From assembly GCF_001194135.2 (NCBI RefSeq), contig NC_068996.1, forward strand, positions 8,201,877-8,265,876: DNA of 64,000 bases, read 5' to 3'. The position numbers were made by a program, and so were the translations under genes. The notes under the pieces are model-generated. The model was not told the origin of the DNA, ran no database searches, and was given only the letters and a program-made list of their open reading frames with translations. Source of the stretch: Octopus bimaculoides. Lineage: Eukaryota. Of this stretch, positions 1 to 12,544 are shown one piece after another (positions within the stretch are counted from its first letter, which is position 1; each line of letters starts with the position of its first letter).

Positions 1-635
1 AGTCTTTCTTTCTCACTAAATGGTTAAAAAAAACAATAAAAACAAAAAAATATCTTGTTTCATTTGTGTCTACAAAGTAATTCTTTTCCATATAGAGGAA
101 GAGTTCAAGCTGACCTAAATATCTCACTAATATTTATTTTAGCAACCTTCAAAAAAAAAAAAAAAGAAATGTCAGCAAAGAATGAGGTGAGTTGTAAGAG
201 TTTATTAAAGCTGCCATGCTGGAAATATAAAAATAGCTGACAAATCTGCCTCAAGTTACATCTTATCATCTTCCATCTCAAGTTAGTAAGATTTTGGTAG
301 ATTAACTGGGATGAGGACAAACAAAAGTGTGATGTCGTGACAAGGAACGGTTTGCATCATGGGGTTTATTGGATCAGGATTAACCTGAGGCTAAACAATA
401 CCCAAGGATAGATATACTGAATAATTATAATCCTAGATATAGGTCTGAGCCTGGCTGTTTAGCAAGAAGTTTGCTTCCCAGCCATATGGTTTTGGGTCCA
501 GTCCCTCTGGATAACACCTTAGGTAAGTGTCTAGTCAAAGGCTGACCAAAATTTTGTAAGAGGGTTTGGTAGGCAGGAACTGAAAGAAGCCCATCATATT
601 TGTGTGTGTGTATCTGTCTGTGTGTCTGTCTGTCT

Positions 636-674
<39 letters not shown>

Positions 675-1545
675 GCGTAAATGTGTCTTTGTGTTTGTAT
701 CTGTATCCCCTGCTTGATAATTGGTGTTGGTTTGTTTACATTCCCGCCTCTTAGTGGCTTGGTAAAGGAGATTGATACAAAAGAAAAAAAAGTCCTGGGG
801 TAGATTTGTTCAACTAAAACCCTTTAAAGGGAGTGCCCCAACATGGCCACAGGTCCAATGATTGAAACAAGCAAAAGATAAAAAAGCAAGATAGAATCAT
901 TCTTTGAAAAAAAGATAGGATGGTCACAGATGGAACTCCCTTTGAGTATAGGTTCACTGGATCTGAGTTACCTGGGGTTAAATAACAGCTACAACTGTGA
1001 GAAATAACATTCACCTCTATTGTATTCAGATTATTTTCGCCTGGAAATTGAAGCGAAGTTTGTTTGTCATGTTACCAAAATTATTGTTGTAACTGTAAAT
1101 GGTCCATATTAAAATTACTCACAAGAGCAAACTCTTACAAAATACAGCCAATGCAAGGAACCAGTTCTAGTTATGTTTACCGAAATTAAATGATCCAAAC
1201 CTGTTTTGTTGTTTGTATTTTCTTTTTTTTTTTTGTTTATTTTTCTATTTGGCTTTGATTTATTCTGTAAGTTGCTAAAACTTGTTCTTCATGTAAAATA
1301 TTTATTGTTTATTATTATTATTTTTTTACTGTCTGCTTTTCTGACAGCTAACTTTTCTTCTACTCATCCTTCTCCCCGTCCTCCTTCATCCTTTGTCATC
1401 ATTCCTTCTTTGTTGCCATCCTCTTCTTTGTCTTCTTTGTTGTTGACGTCTTTGTTTTCTTTCTCATTCTTCTGCTCTTTCTTCATTGGCGAAAGGCTAG
1501 GATAAAGAAAAAAATATTAAGGGTCTTTAAAAATTTGAAACAGAA

Positions 1546-1717
1546 GGTGTAGGAGTGGCTGTGTGGTAAGTAGCTTGCTTACGAACCACATGGTTCCGGG
1601 TTCATTCCCACTGCATGGCACCTTGGGCAAGTGTCTTCTACTATAGCCTTGGGCTGATCAAAGCCTTGTGAGTGGATTTGGTAGACGGAAAATGAAACAA
1701 GCCCATCGTATATATGC

Positions 1718-1749
<32 letters not shown>

Positions 1750-1975
1750 GTTTGTGTGCCTGTGTTTGTCCCACTCCCCCAACATCACTTGGCAACCGAT
1801 GCTGGTGTGTTTACGTCCCCGTAACTTAGCGGTTCGGCAAGAGAGTTCGATACAATAAGTACTAGGCTTATAAAGAATAAGTCCTGGGTCGATTTGCTCG
1901 ACTAAAGGCGGTGCTCCAGCATGGCCACAGTCAAATGACTGAAACAAGCAAAAGAGTAAAGAGAGAGAAGATAAC
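1546..1975 (+). mobile_element. Composite tRNA-derived SINE (family A head/core + TA/TG microsatellite + family B tail)
   Basis: A-box gtggctgtgtggtaag, B-box ggttcattccc, CORE-like ccttgggcaag, microsatellite, then conserved tail ending actgaaacaag.aaaagag. Other copies at ~452-885, 4695-5050, 14145-14490, 16338-17130, 19540-20110, 47085-47590 and 52790-53200 (+), and 46535-46900 (-). Confidence 0.9.
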
Positions 1976-3846
1976 CTCAATAAAATCAATTGATCAAAAC
2001 TTTTAGGGAAATAAAAACTTGATGCAAATGGTAGAAGATGAGAGCAAACTGGTGGAAGTAATGGCTATGTTTCAATCTTCTTGGATCTCATCAGCCTGTT
2101 ATAAACAGCTTTGTTGATGCCTTAGGGGTTCCTAGTCTTTTCTAATGGCACATAAAGTTTCTTAGAATTCTTTAGGAAACTTAGAAAACTGCAGTTAATT
2201 TTTGGGAATTTGTCTCAATTTGTTCCATTAAAAAGAAATATCTCAAGCTACTGTAAACCTTTAAATGGTTGGGAGGATTCATCTGGATTTGAAACCAAAT
2301 TTATGTTATTTAGGTTGTATAATTTTGATCCTACTTCCAATGCATGCTATCTCTCTCTTTTCATGAAATCTGATTTTTCTTTCTTTCTTTTTTTTTTCTT
2401 TCTGTTAAATAATTCAAATATTCCCTTTTTGGAAAATGCAGGAGTTCTTTTGGAAGAAAAAATGTGAAAAAATTCAGCAGCTATAGCTGTTCCATTATCA
2501 ACTGGTATTTTAGCAGTCTGTGAACAGATAAAAGAGCTAAAGTTATATGCAAATATATGAAAACGAACAAAAAGAGAAAAAGTAGTTATTAGTATTACGA
2601 CAAGGAAATATTAGATTTTTTTGGAAGATGAAAATAAAAGAAAAAGTCATAAATCACTGACCTGAGTTTCACATTTATGATTCTTGGACAAATATAAAAA
2701 TAATACAATTTTTAGAAAATATTCAAAGACATCTCTAAGTGATAGTCAAAGCCTGAGAAGTTTTGTATCATGGAGCCAAAGGTAGTTTTGGTTGTATTGG
2801 CAGCAAAAAGATTTTGTTGTCGACTACTTACTTATCATCATCGTCGTCGTTTTAATGTCAACTTTTCTATACTTGCATAGGTTGGGCAGAGTTTACTGAG
2901 GCAGGTTTGCTATGGCTGGATGCACTTCTTGTGGCCAATAACTTTCTAACGTTTGAAAATACTTTGCCTATTTCCATGCAGTCATCATCGTTTAACGTCC
3001 GCTTTCCATGCTGGCATGGGTTGAATGATGTGACTGAGGACTGGCAAACCAGATGGCTGCACCAGGCTCCAATCTGATCTGGCAGAGTTTCTACAGCTGG
3101 ATGCCCTTCCTAACATCAACCACTCCGAGAGTGGTATTGCTGACGTATCTATGTTTGTCTAACCATATATCCATCTTTATATCCACCTGTCTACCTACTT
3201 CCTTTCTGTCTGTCTATCCATCTGCACATCTGTATCTATATTCTCAGCTACTCTGATACTGGGGGCATGAAACACTATTGTTTCCCCCCACCCCCGCCTA
3301 GCATATTGATTCCAAATTTTGGCACAAAGTCACCAATTTCAGGGAAGGGAATAGTAAATTACATTGACCCCAGTGCTTAACTGCTACTTATTTTATTGAC
3401 CCCCCCAAAAGGATGAAAGGCAAAGTTGACTTGGGTGGAGTTTGAACTCAGAATGTGAAGACAGTCAAAATGCTACGAAGCATTTTGCCTGGTGTGCTAG
3501 CAATTCTGCCAGTTTTGCTGCCTTTATTCCCTATGACATATTAATTTAATTTTTACCGTTACTTTACCAATAAATATAATTCTTACTTACTCAGGCCACC
3601 ACCAGTCTTCTTGGATTCTGTTTCACCTGATAAGTTACTTGTATATCTATCTGCCCATTTCTCCATTCAACTAATTTACCTACATATCTGTCTGTATGTC
3701 TGCTAGCCAATCAATCCATCCAGCCATCTACCTACTTATTTACTGATCCTTCTGTCCATCTGTCTGTCCCCCCATTTATTTATCTCTATCTTTTGGTTTG
3801 TTTCTCTGTTTGTCTGTTTGTATCTATCTATCTATCTATCTATCTA

Positions 3847-4073
3847 ATTTCTTTATTGCCCACAAGGGGCCAAACATAGAGGAGAAACAAGGGCAGACAA
3901 AGGGATTAAGTTGATTATATCGACCCCAGTGCATAACTGGTACTTAATTTATCGACCCTGAAAGGATGAAAGGCAAAGTCGACCTCGGCGGAATTTGAAC
4001 TCAGAATGTATCGGCAGATGAAATACCACAAAGCATTTCGCCCGGCGTGCTAATGTTTCTGCCACCTCGTCGC

Positions 4074-4074
<1 letters not shown>
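3847..4074 (-). mobile_element. SINE family C (long-tail form) inserted in a (TATC)n tract
   Basis: Same sequence as 25207-25533, with TATC repeats on both sides. Older short-tail copies at ~3270-3520, 18420-18640, 18860-19090, 26530-26680 and 28787-28990. Confidence 0.9.
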
Positions 4075-4113
<39 letters not shown>

Positions 4114-4298
4114 ATTTGTGTCCATATTCCTACCTATCTCTCTATGTCTGTCTGTCTGTCTATCTATGTGTCTATATGTCTATCTGTGTCTATCTATCTA
4201 TCTATTTATCTCTCTACTTGTCTATCTACCTATCCATTTATTTATCCATCAGTCTATCTAACTGTCCATCTGTTTTGCTCATTTCTTTATATATATAC

Positions 4299-4329
<31 letters not shown>

Positions 4330-5179
4330 CACATATATATAAAATCTATCTATTTTTCTGTCTATCTACCTATATACCCACCCTCTTAGCTTCCCATCTT
4401 GCTGTCTGTAACAATTCATGAAATTTGATTTCATTGTTATTTTAACATTTCTTTCATTATTCTATTCTGCTACTTTCGGTAAGAAGTCCTTGACACAAAA
4501 TAGTCAACATATTTCACTGCAGGTTTTTTTAAGCAGTGATTGTTCAGAGGATATTGAGGCCAGCTATTATTTCTAGGAGACCTTGAAATTAAACCCTACC
4601 CCTGCTACAGTTTATGGCAAAATCAACTTCGGTAGTATTTGAAATCAGAACATAGAGAGACTGAAGTAAATTCTCTGAAGCATAGATACAGACATGTTTA
4701 TGTGGTTAAGAAGGTTGCTTCAGAACCACATGGTTCCAGGTTCAAAACCTTGGGCAAGTGTTTTCTATAATAGCCAGTGGCCGACCAAAGTCTCATGAGT
4801 AAATTTAGTAGATAGAAACTGACAGAGGCCTGTTGCATATATATGTGTGTGTGTGTGTGTTTGTCTTCCTACTACTGCTTGACAGTTGGTGTTTATATCC
4901 CCCTGACTTAATGGTTTGCCAAAAGGAGACTAATAAAATAAGTAGCAGACTTAAAAATAAAAAGCATTTGGGTTGATTCATTCGACTAGAATTCTTCAAA
5001 GGGGTGCCCCAGCATGGCTGTGGTCTAATGACTGAAACTAGTAAAAGATATATCTTGAGTTTAAAACAATTAAAGCTTGTTTATTTAATTCAAGATTTTT
5101 CTAAGAATTGTTTCATGAAGACACTGATGAGCCTCTGCTGTCAGATACGACAGTGGTTCATGCACAAATATAATATATA

Positions 5180-5570
5180 GGCGTAGGAGTGGCTGTGTGG
5201 TAAGTAGCTTGCTTACCAACCACATGGTTCCGAGTTCAGTCCCACTGCGTGGCACCTTGGGCAAGTGTCTTCTACTATAGCCTTGAGCTGACCAAAGCCT
5301 TGTGAGTGGATTTGGTAGACGGAAACTGAAAGAAGCCCGTCGTATATATATATATATATGTGTGTGTTTGGGTTTGTCCCCCAGCATCGTTTGACAACTG
5401 ATGGTGGTGTGTTTACGTCCCCATAACTTAGCGGTTTGGCAAAAGAGACCGATAGAATAAGTAGTAGGCTTCCAAAGAATAAGTCCTGGGGTTGATTTGC
5501 TCGACTAAAAGGCGGTGCTTCAGCATGGCCGCAGTCAAATGACTGAAACAAGTAAAAGAGAGAATAAAAG
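5180..5570 (+). mobile_element. Composite SINE A/B copy
   Basis: High similarity to 1546-1975 over the whole length. Confidence 0.9.
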
Positions 5571-6427
5571 TTATTTATAGTAATGAGTTATGGCAAGGAA
5601 GTGGGAAAAGCCTGTGGAGTTTATGTTCTACAGTTTAAGGGACTTTGGTTCATATATATAAGATATTGCAAACAAAACTATTTGAAAATATTTGTCCATA
5701 ATAACAGTTGAACTCCTGACTCTTCCTTATATTTACTATTGACTTATATGGATAAAAACTATGGAAGTGTAAGCCATAAATATAAATGAATGACTTAGAG
5801 GGACAGAAAATAGATAAATAAATTGAAAATTTAAACTTTTCCTATATGAAATATTTCTGTTTAATCTCAGTGTTTCAGCAATTGATATGAGTGTGTGTAT
5901 GTGTGTGTGTGAATAGATTCCCCCCCCCCCCCCAATTTGAAATTTTAGCTAGATAAATTTCAACCAGAGATTGATTTTTGCAGTATAAATCTTCAAGACA
6001 CCAGACTTTTATTGTTATGACCACCCATGACAATTTAATACAGACACAGTTAACTGTCTGTTTTGTGGGTCCATCTCCATCTTCCCCCTCTCTTGCCAAA
6101 CCGGTCTGATTGTATAACACTATCATTANNNNNNNNNNNNNNNNNNNNNNNNNNNNNNNNNNNNNNNNNNNNNNNNNNNNNNNNNNNNNNNNNNNNNNNN
6201 NNNNNNNNNNNNNNNNNNNNNNNNNNNNNNNNNNNNNNNNNNNNNNNNNNNNNNNNNNNNNNNNNNNNNNNNNNNNNNNNNNNNNNNNNNNNNNNNNNNN
6301 NNNNNNNNNNNNNNNNNNNNNNNNNNNNNNNNNNNNNNNNNNNNNNNNNNNNNNNNNNNNNNNNNNNNNNNNNNNNNNNNNNNNNNNNNNNNNNNNNNNN
6401 NNNNNNNNNNNNNNNNNNNNNNNNNNN

Positions 6428-6497
<70 letters not shown>

Positions 6498-6999
6498 AAT
6501 AATCCAGACTTCCAGGCACTATCTGTTCACCTCAGTTCTTTCTTTCCCATAATTTCAGGAATATGGTCGAATGATCAATTTCCTACAGTCATTTTCAAGA
6601 AACCTGCTATTGACACTTTCAGAAAAGAAAGGAAAATTCGGCATGGGGGCATATTTTACAAATTCCTCACATCAACCTTGATAAAAGATTTGTCCTTTGC
6701 TTTAAGACAGCATCGGCTACCTATCAGAATGCATATGCCGTGTTGATAAACAAAAGTCAACGGTAAAACTTACCATCAAAACGTGGCATTTGTCTCCGAT
6801 TACTACAATGTTCACACATAGTTGTCTGTTGTTCTCAGTAGAATTAGATATTCTTTGCATGAAAAGTTATTGCTGCTCAAGCGTTTCACTTACGGAAAAT
6901 GTTTCAAATTCACAGACTTTCATTGTCAAAATTGTCTGTTTGAGAAATATTGCATATAATGTTGCATAAATATACACACAGACACCCACATGTCATTAA

Positions 7000-7050
<51 letters not shown>

Positions 7051-8232
7051 TTACTGTCCAGTTTCCATGTTGCGTGGATTGGACATGTAGACAGGATCTG
7101 ATGAGTCCAAGGACTGCACTATGGTCTTGTGTCTGTTTTGGCATAGTTTCTATGGTTGGTTACCACCCTTCCTAACACCAACCAGTTTACAGTAGGCACT
7201 AGTGAGGTTGTCATGCAAGTCTATGAAACCTGAAGAAGCATCCTTTGGGTTTTAAAGTATGAGAGAAGAGGTCGGGGTAGAAGCAGGTTCTTATCTAGCG
7301 TCTAGATGGATACTCGCATTTAGGAGAGAAAGTGAGAGTGAATTTGTGGTAATGAAATGCCCAGGTGACATCTTAAGGTATGGACACACATACACACCCA
7401 TCAAGATGCCTGGCACCTCGCTGTTCTTAAGATGACTTGTTGAGGCTGCTCCCCCTTCGTGAAGAGGACAGGCCTGCAAGAGTTCTGTGCTGATGCCATG
7501 TAAATGGCACTCATGCCAGTGCCACATAAAAGTGCCCATGTGGTGCCACATTAAAAGCACCCAACACATACTGTAGAGTCGTTGGTGTTAGGAAGAGCAT
7601 CCAACTGTGGAAACCATGCCAAATCAGTCTGGAGTCTGGTGCATCTCTCCAGCTTTCAGCTCTGGTCAAATCATCCAACTCATGTCAGCATAGGCAATGA
7701 ACATTAAATGATGATGATGATGATGTTAAACATTAAATGTTTCTTTTCTTTCAACATGCTTCACTGTGGCCCGAAAACATTGTATTTACTGTTTGTCTCT
7801 CTCTCTCAGGCTATTTATATAGTAAAAAGTAAATCTGTCTATTTTGAAACAACATTGCCAATTTTACATATTTGGCATGGATGTCCAGACACTTTCCAGA
7901 GCAATCTTAATCTATGGAAAAAAACAAAAAAACAAAACAAAAAGCAAAAGCAAAATATACAAAACTGGGCCCAAGGTTCTGTTGAGGGAAAACGGGGAGG
8001 AGTCAAGAAGGGGAATGAGAAACACAGAGTTGTCATGTATTGGTAGTGGGGGTAAAGAAGAAACAGTTGAGGTGGATGCTGGTTGGAGGCATAGAAGCAT
8101 TCTAAAATATGTTGTCAGTTTGTCTCTTTGTCTCCCTCTCTTTCTCTCTCTCTCTCTATCTTGCATCTCTCTTTAATTTTTCTTTTTCTCTCTTAGTCCT
8201 TTTACTCATTACTCTCAGATAACAATGAAGGT

Positions 8233-8281
<49 letters not shown>

Positions 8282-9849
8282 ATCTTCATGTTATGTTTAT
8301 CCTCTGACGCTACTTGACAACTGGTGTTAGTTTGTTTACATTCCTGTGACTTACCAGTTCGACAATAGAGACTAATAGAATAAATACCAGGGTTACAAAA
8401 AGTACTGAGATTAATTTGTTTATCCAAACCCTTCCAGATGGTATCCCAGCATAGCTACAGTTCATTGGCTGAAGCAAGTAAAAGGTATATACAACAAGCT
8501 TCTTTCAGTCTCTGCCTACTAAATCCACTAAGATGGCTTTGATTAGCCTTGGGCTATAAAAGGTGTCATGCAATGAGACTGAACTTGAAACCATCTGGTT
8601 GGGGACCAAACCTCTTAGCTATACAGCTGTGAATGTGTTTAAATAGATACATACAACAGATGAGTGAAGTACAAAATAGACTTCTGAAGACAGTAAAAGT
8701 ACGGTGGCTGAACCTGAGAGGAAGAAAGAAAATGGAAGAAAAAGACTTAGAGAGAAAGAAATAAAATTGAGAGACATATGTGATTAAATTTATGGGAGGA
8801 GGAGGAAGGTTAAAATAGAAAGACAGAAGCACAAAAAAGAAAGATGATGAGAAATATGACACTTTAATTGTATCTTAGTATGTTGTAAAGTGATGTACCA
8901 ACAAGAGAGGATACACTTGTGAGGTGGGGATGAAGAAGAAGATATTAGATAAGAAACCTGACTTAAACAGACAATTGAAATAAAAGAAAGAATTGGAAGT
9001 AGAACAAAACAACGTCTATGAAATCAGAGTGTGAGACACTAGAGAGATTCTTAGTCTTCTGTTTTTCATGATGTATACTGGCTTTGAATTACAAGAAAAT
9101 ACAGAAAGTATAATATAAAACAAATTATTGTGTGTGTCGTGTGTGCTTACATGTATGTACATACATACATACATACAAACGTGTGTGTGTGGGTGTAATG
9201 AGCAAAAACAAGAGAGACAAGTTTTAACAAATGTGTTATTAGTATAAGTATAATACTTAAGAAGATGGAAGGAGTCTTTAATGTTTCGGGCACTAGCCCT
9301 TCATCAGAAACAGGAAAGAAGAAGAAGGAAGAAAACAGGAGGAAAGGTGATAGACAGCAGGAGGAAAGCCAAATGCTATGGTAAAAGACATTTGCACAAA
9401 GCACCACACACTGGGATCAAACCCAGGAATATGTCATTGCAGAGTTAATTTGTTGGTCACACAACTGTGCCTGTGTTGGTTCTGAATTTTTATGGATTCA
9501 TAGAATAATGTGAATGTACAGAGGAAAATAGAATGGAATTATCAAAGTTAAAAATTTATCTTGTGTTATTTTATTGAGACTCACACAAATATTCATGGAA
9601 AATATTTCTTTTCATAAAGGATTGATTTTTTTAAAAGAAAGTTGATATAAGAAATGGTGAATTGATTATTGACATTAGTTTATTAGGAAAATGCTAAAGC
9701 TTTTGTTTAAGAAAGATAGAATGTTTAAATGGAGAAAAAAAAAAAAGATGAAGAAAAATTGTATCATAGATTGGTTTGATTTTTTTTTTTTTTCATAATG
9801 TCATTGAAATTTATTCCATACTGTTGAACTACCAGCTGAATGAATTGCT

Positions 9850-9978
9850 GTTGGTAAATAATTCTGGTAGAATTTTTATATAAGACCATGTTTATATTTT
9901 TGGAAAAGAAATATACTGCCAAGACACTGTCATTCTATTGACGATGCTTAGGAATGTTGTAAGATTAGACATGTATGC

Positions 9979-10045
<67 letters not shown>

Positions 10046-10420
10046 AACCAACCATTGTGGTTTGGCTTGTTTATGACTGATTTAGCCATACAACACAGAT
10101 AAACCCATCTACAGCTGCTGCAAGAGAAATGCTGTTCTGATTTTGATATACTGTATCATGGTTCTTCCTTAGCCTCCATGTACTCATGGAGCCAAGCCTC
10201 ATGGTTAGAGGTTACAGTGAACTATTGACCGTGGTCAGTATGATAGGTACCATGATTTCTTCAGGGTGTTCTTATACCTTTTCGATGATGTCACTTTGTC
10301 TAAATGGTCAGCTGCAATGCTGTATGGACAACACATTTCTCGTTATATCCAATAATTCATGCAATGTGACAACTTTTCTTCTAGATAATGACTTGTCTGT
10401 CATAAAATTCTAATTTTGGA
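9850..10420 (-). mobile_element. Possible very decayed piggyBac (PGBD-like) transposase 3' half, split by a (CT)/(CA) microsatellite
   Basis: Stitching frames by eye gives YSIAADHLDKVTSSKRYKNTLKKSWY...AWLH, resembling the YN..MGGVD.LD...S.YR..IR.KKWY...NAW.LH region. Several frameshifts are needed, so this is tentative. Confidence 0.35.
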
Positions 10421-10497
10421 TTTATGAATGAGAGGAGTACTACTTGATGTATGTTGAAGAGTTTATTCATTCAAAGCTGATGATACCACAGTTTAGG

Positions 10498-10881
10498 TCC
10501 TCCTCGTCCTCCTCCTCGTCCTCCTCCTCGTCCTCCTCCTCCTCGTCCTCCTCCTCCTCGTCCTCCTCCTCCTCGTCCTCCTNNNNNNNNNNNNNNNNNN
10601 NNNNNNNNNNNNNNNNNNNNNNNNNNNNNNNNNNNNNNNNNNNNNNNNNNNNNNNNNNNNNNNNNNNNNNNCCTCCCCTCGTCCTCCTCATCCTCGTCCT
10701 CCCCCTCGTCCTCCCCCTCGTCCTCCCCCTCGTCCTCCTCGTCCTCGTACTCCCCCTCCTCCTCCTCCTCGTCCTCTTCCTTGTCCTCCCCTCCCCCTCC
10801 TCCTCGTCCTCCTCCTCGTCCTCCTCCTCGTCCTCATCGTCCTCCTCGTCCTCCTCCTCCTCCTCGTCCTCCTCCTCCTCA
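10498..10881. repeat. (TCC)n/(TCG) trinucleotide tract with internal gap
   Basis: Nearly pure tcc/tcg repeats, which explain the poly-Ser/Pro/Arg/Glu ORFs. Confidence 0.95.
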
Positions 10882-12544
10882 TTTTATTTTACTAGGATGT
10901 ATGGGTTGTTTCAGGTCTGAATCACTTCTTATTTGGTGTTATTTTCTCCCAGACAGGTGTCCCACTTATATGTTCCACTTTTGGCTTGGTTTCTATGGCT
11001 GGATGACCTTTCTAACACCAACTGCTTTACAACATGTTGGGGGTGCATTTTATTGTGGCACCAGCACTAAAGAAGTTATCTTGTCCTTAGCAAGACCGAA
11101 AGGTTCTCTCTGCCTACATTGTTTCCATTTATTTGTCAACCACTTTATAATAAACGGCACCACTGTACTGGTGCCATTTATTGTTGAATGCAGGGGATAT
11201 ATTTGCAAAGACTGGTAAGAAATGAGACAAGTGTGCTTTGCTGAATATGTGAAGTGTGCATGAACAGTGGAACACGAATAAAATGAAAGAAAAACTGAAT
11301 ACAAGACAAATGGGATGTGGCATGCAAAAGAGAAATCTTATGCTGGCCTGAGGTATGTAATGTTCATGGAAGATGGCAGTTGAATTATAAAAGTGCTTAC
11401 CATTCAAAATGGTTGAAACTTGTAGAAAAAGGGGTCAACTAAGGAAGAAGACAAAATGAAGTGGTGAAGACTGATCATGAGAGATTGTATTTTATGAAAA
11501 TGACAAAGGATGCATCTGAATCCATGCAAACATGAAAAAAGACAACTGGCTATGGTCAGTATAATAGGTGCCATGATCTCTTCAAAGTGTTCTGATACCG
11601 TTTCTATGGTGCAACCCTGTCAAACTGGTCAGTTGCCATGCTGTACACACATACACATACACATTTCTGGTTGTGTCTTATAAGTCATACAATGCTACAA
11701 CTTTTCTTCTATGTACCCTAACTTGTCTGTAAGTGTAAAAATAATGAAGGCAGTGGTGATGGAGATTGGAATGTGTCTACATTTGCGGCCTAGTGGTTAG
11801 GGTGTTACACTCATGATTGCAAAATTGTAACGCTGACTCCTGGACCAGGTGTTGCATTGTGTTCTTGGACATGTTACTCTGCGATCGCTTTCACTGTCAC
11901 TTTCTCTCTCTCTCTCCCATTACTCTCTCATTTCCAGTATTCCTGTCTTTTTATTCCTCTTGCTTTCCCTGCCATCTTGCTCAAGCTGTTTCTTGTTGAA
12001 TCTCCTGATGAGCAATCACCCTTTAACTCTCTCTCTCTCCCTTTCTCTCCCATATACTTTCTCTCTCTCACTCTCTCTCTCCCATACTTATCACACTGGT
12101 TCTCTTCCAATACACTTTTCTCTATTTCCTTCTCACTCCGATTCTCTTCTGTCACTGTCTCTTCGATATGTCAGGGACGAAGCAGCCTTTTGGTGCTGGT
12201 AAATAAACAAAGGAAATTTCAAAAGGATAAGACTCTTTAACTCTTACTGGAGGCATGACAACCTCTTCTATTCCTGATGTCATGGTAAAATGCTCTCAGT
12301 ACAGTTGGTAAAAAATATACACAATGCAGATTAGAGTTGATAGTCAAATCTTGTCAGGTACAAGGCAAGCTCTAATTTTCTACTAATTGCACAATTAAAA
12401 TGCACAAATGCACCCAATCCACTCTGTTAGGCAGAAATAGGAATATAGCATCCAGAGAGAGAAACCATGCCAAAAGTAGGAACATATAAGTGAAATGTGG
12501 TTCCCAACTTATCTCAGAGAGGAGACAGACTGTGATTGCCTGTA

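Noticed and set aside
3591-3626. 36-nt minus-strand segment bounded by AG and GTAAGT
   Set aside because: Isolated, with no partner exons or recognisable peptide. Expected by chance in AT-rich DNA.
6050-6746. Long ORFs spanning N runs (also 10444-10920, 40382-41188, 49249-50007)
   Set aside because: They are open only because N codons are not stops. The flanks are microsatellites, apart from the mariner fragment listed separately.
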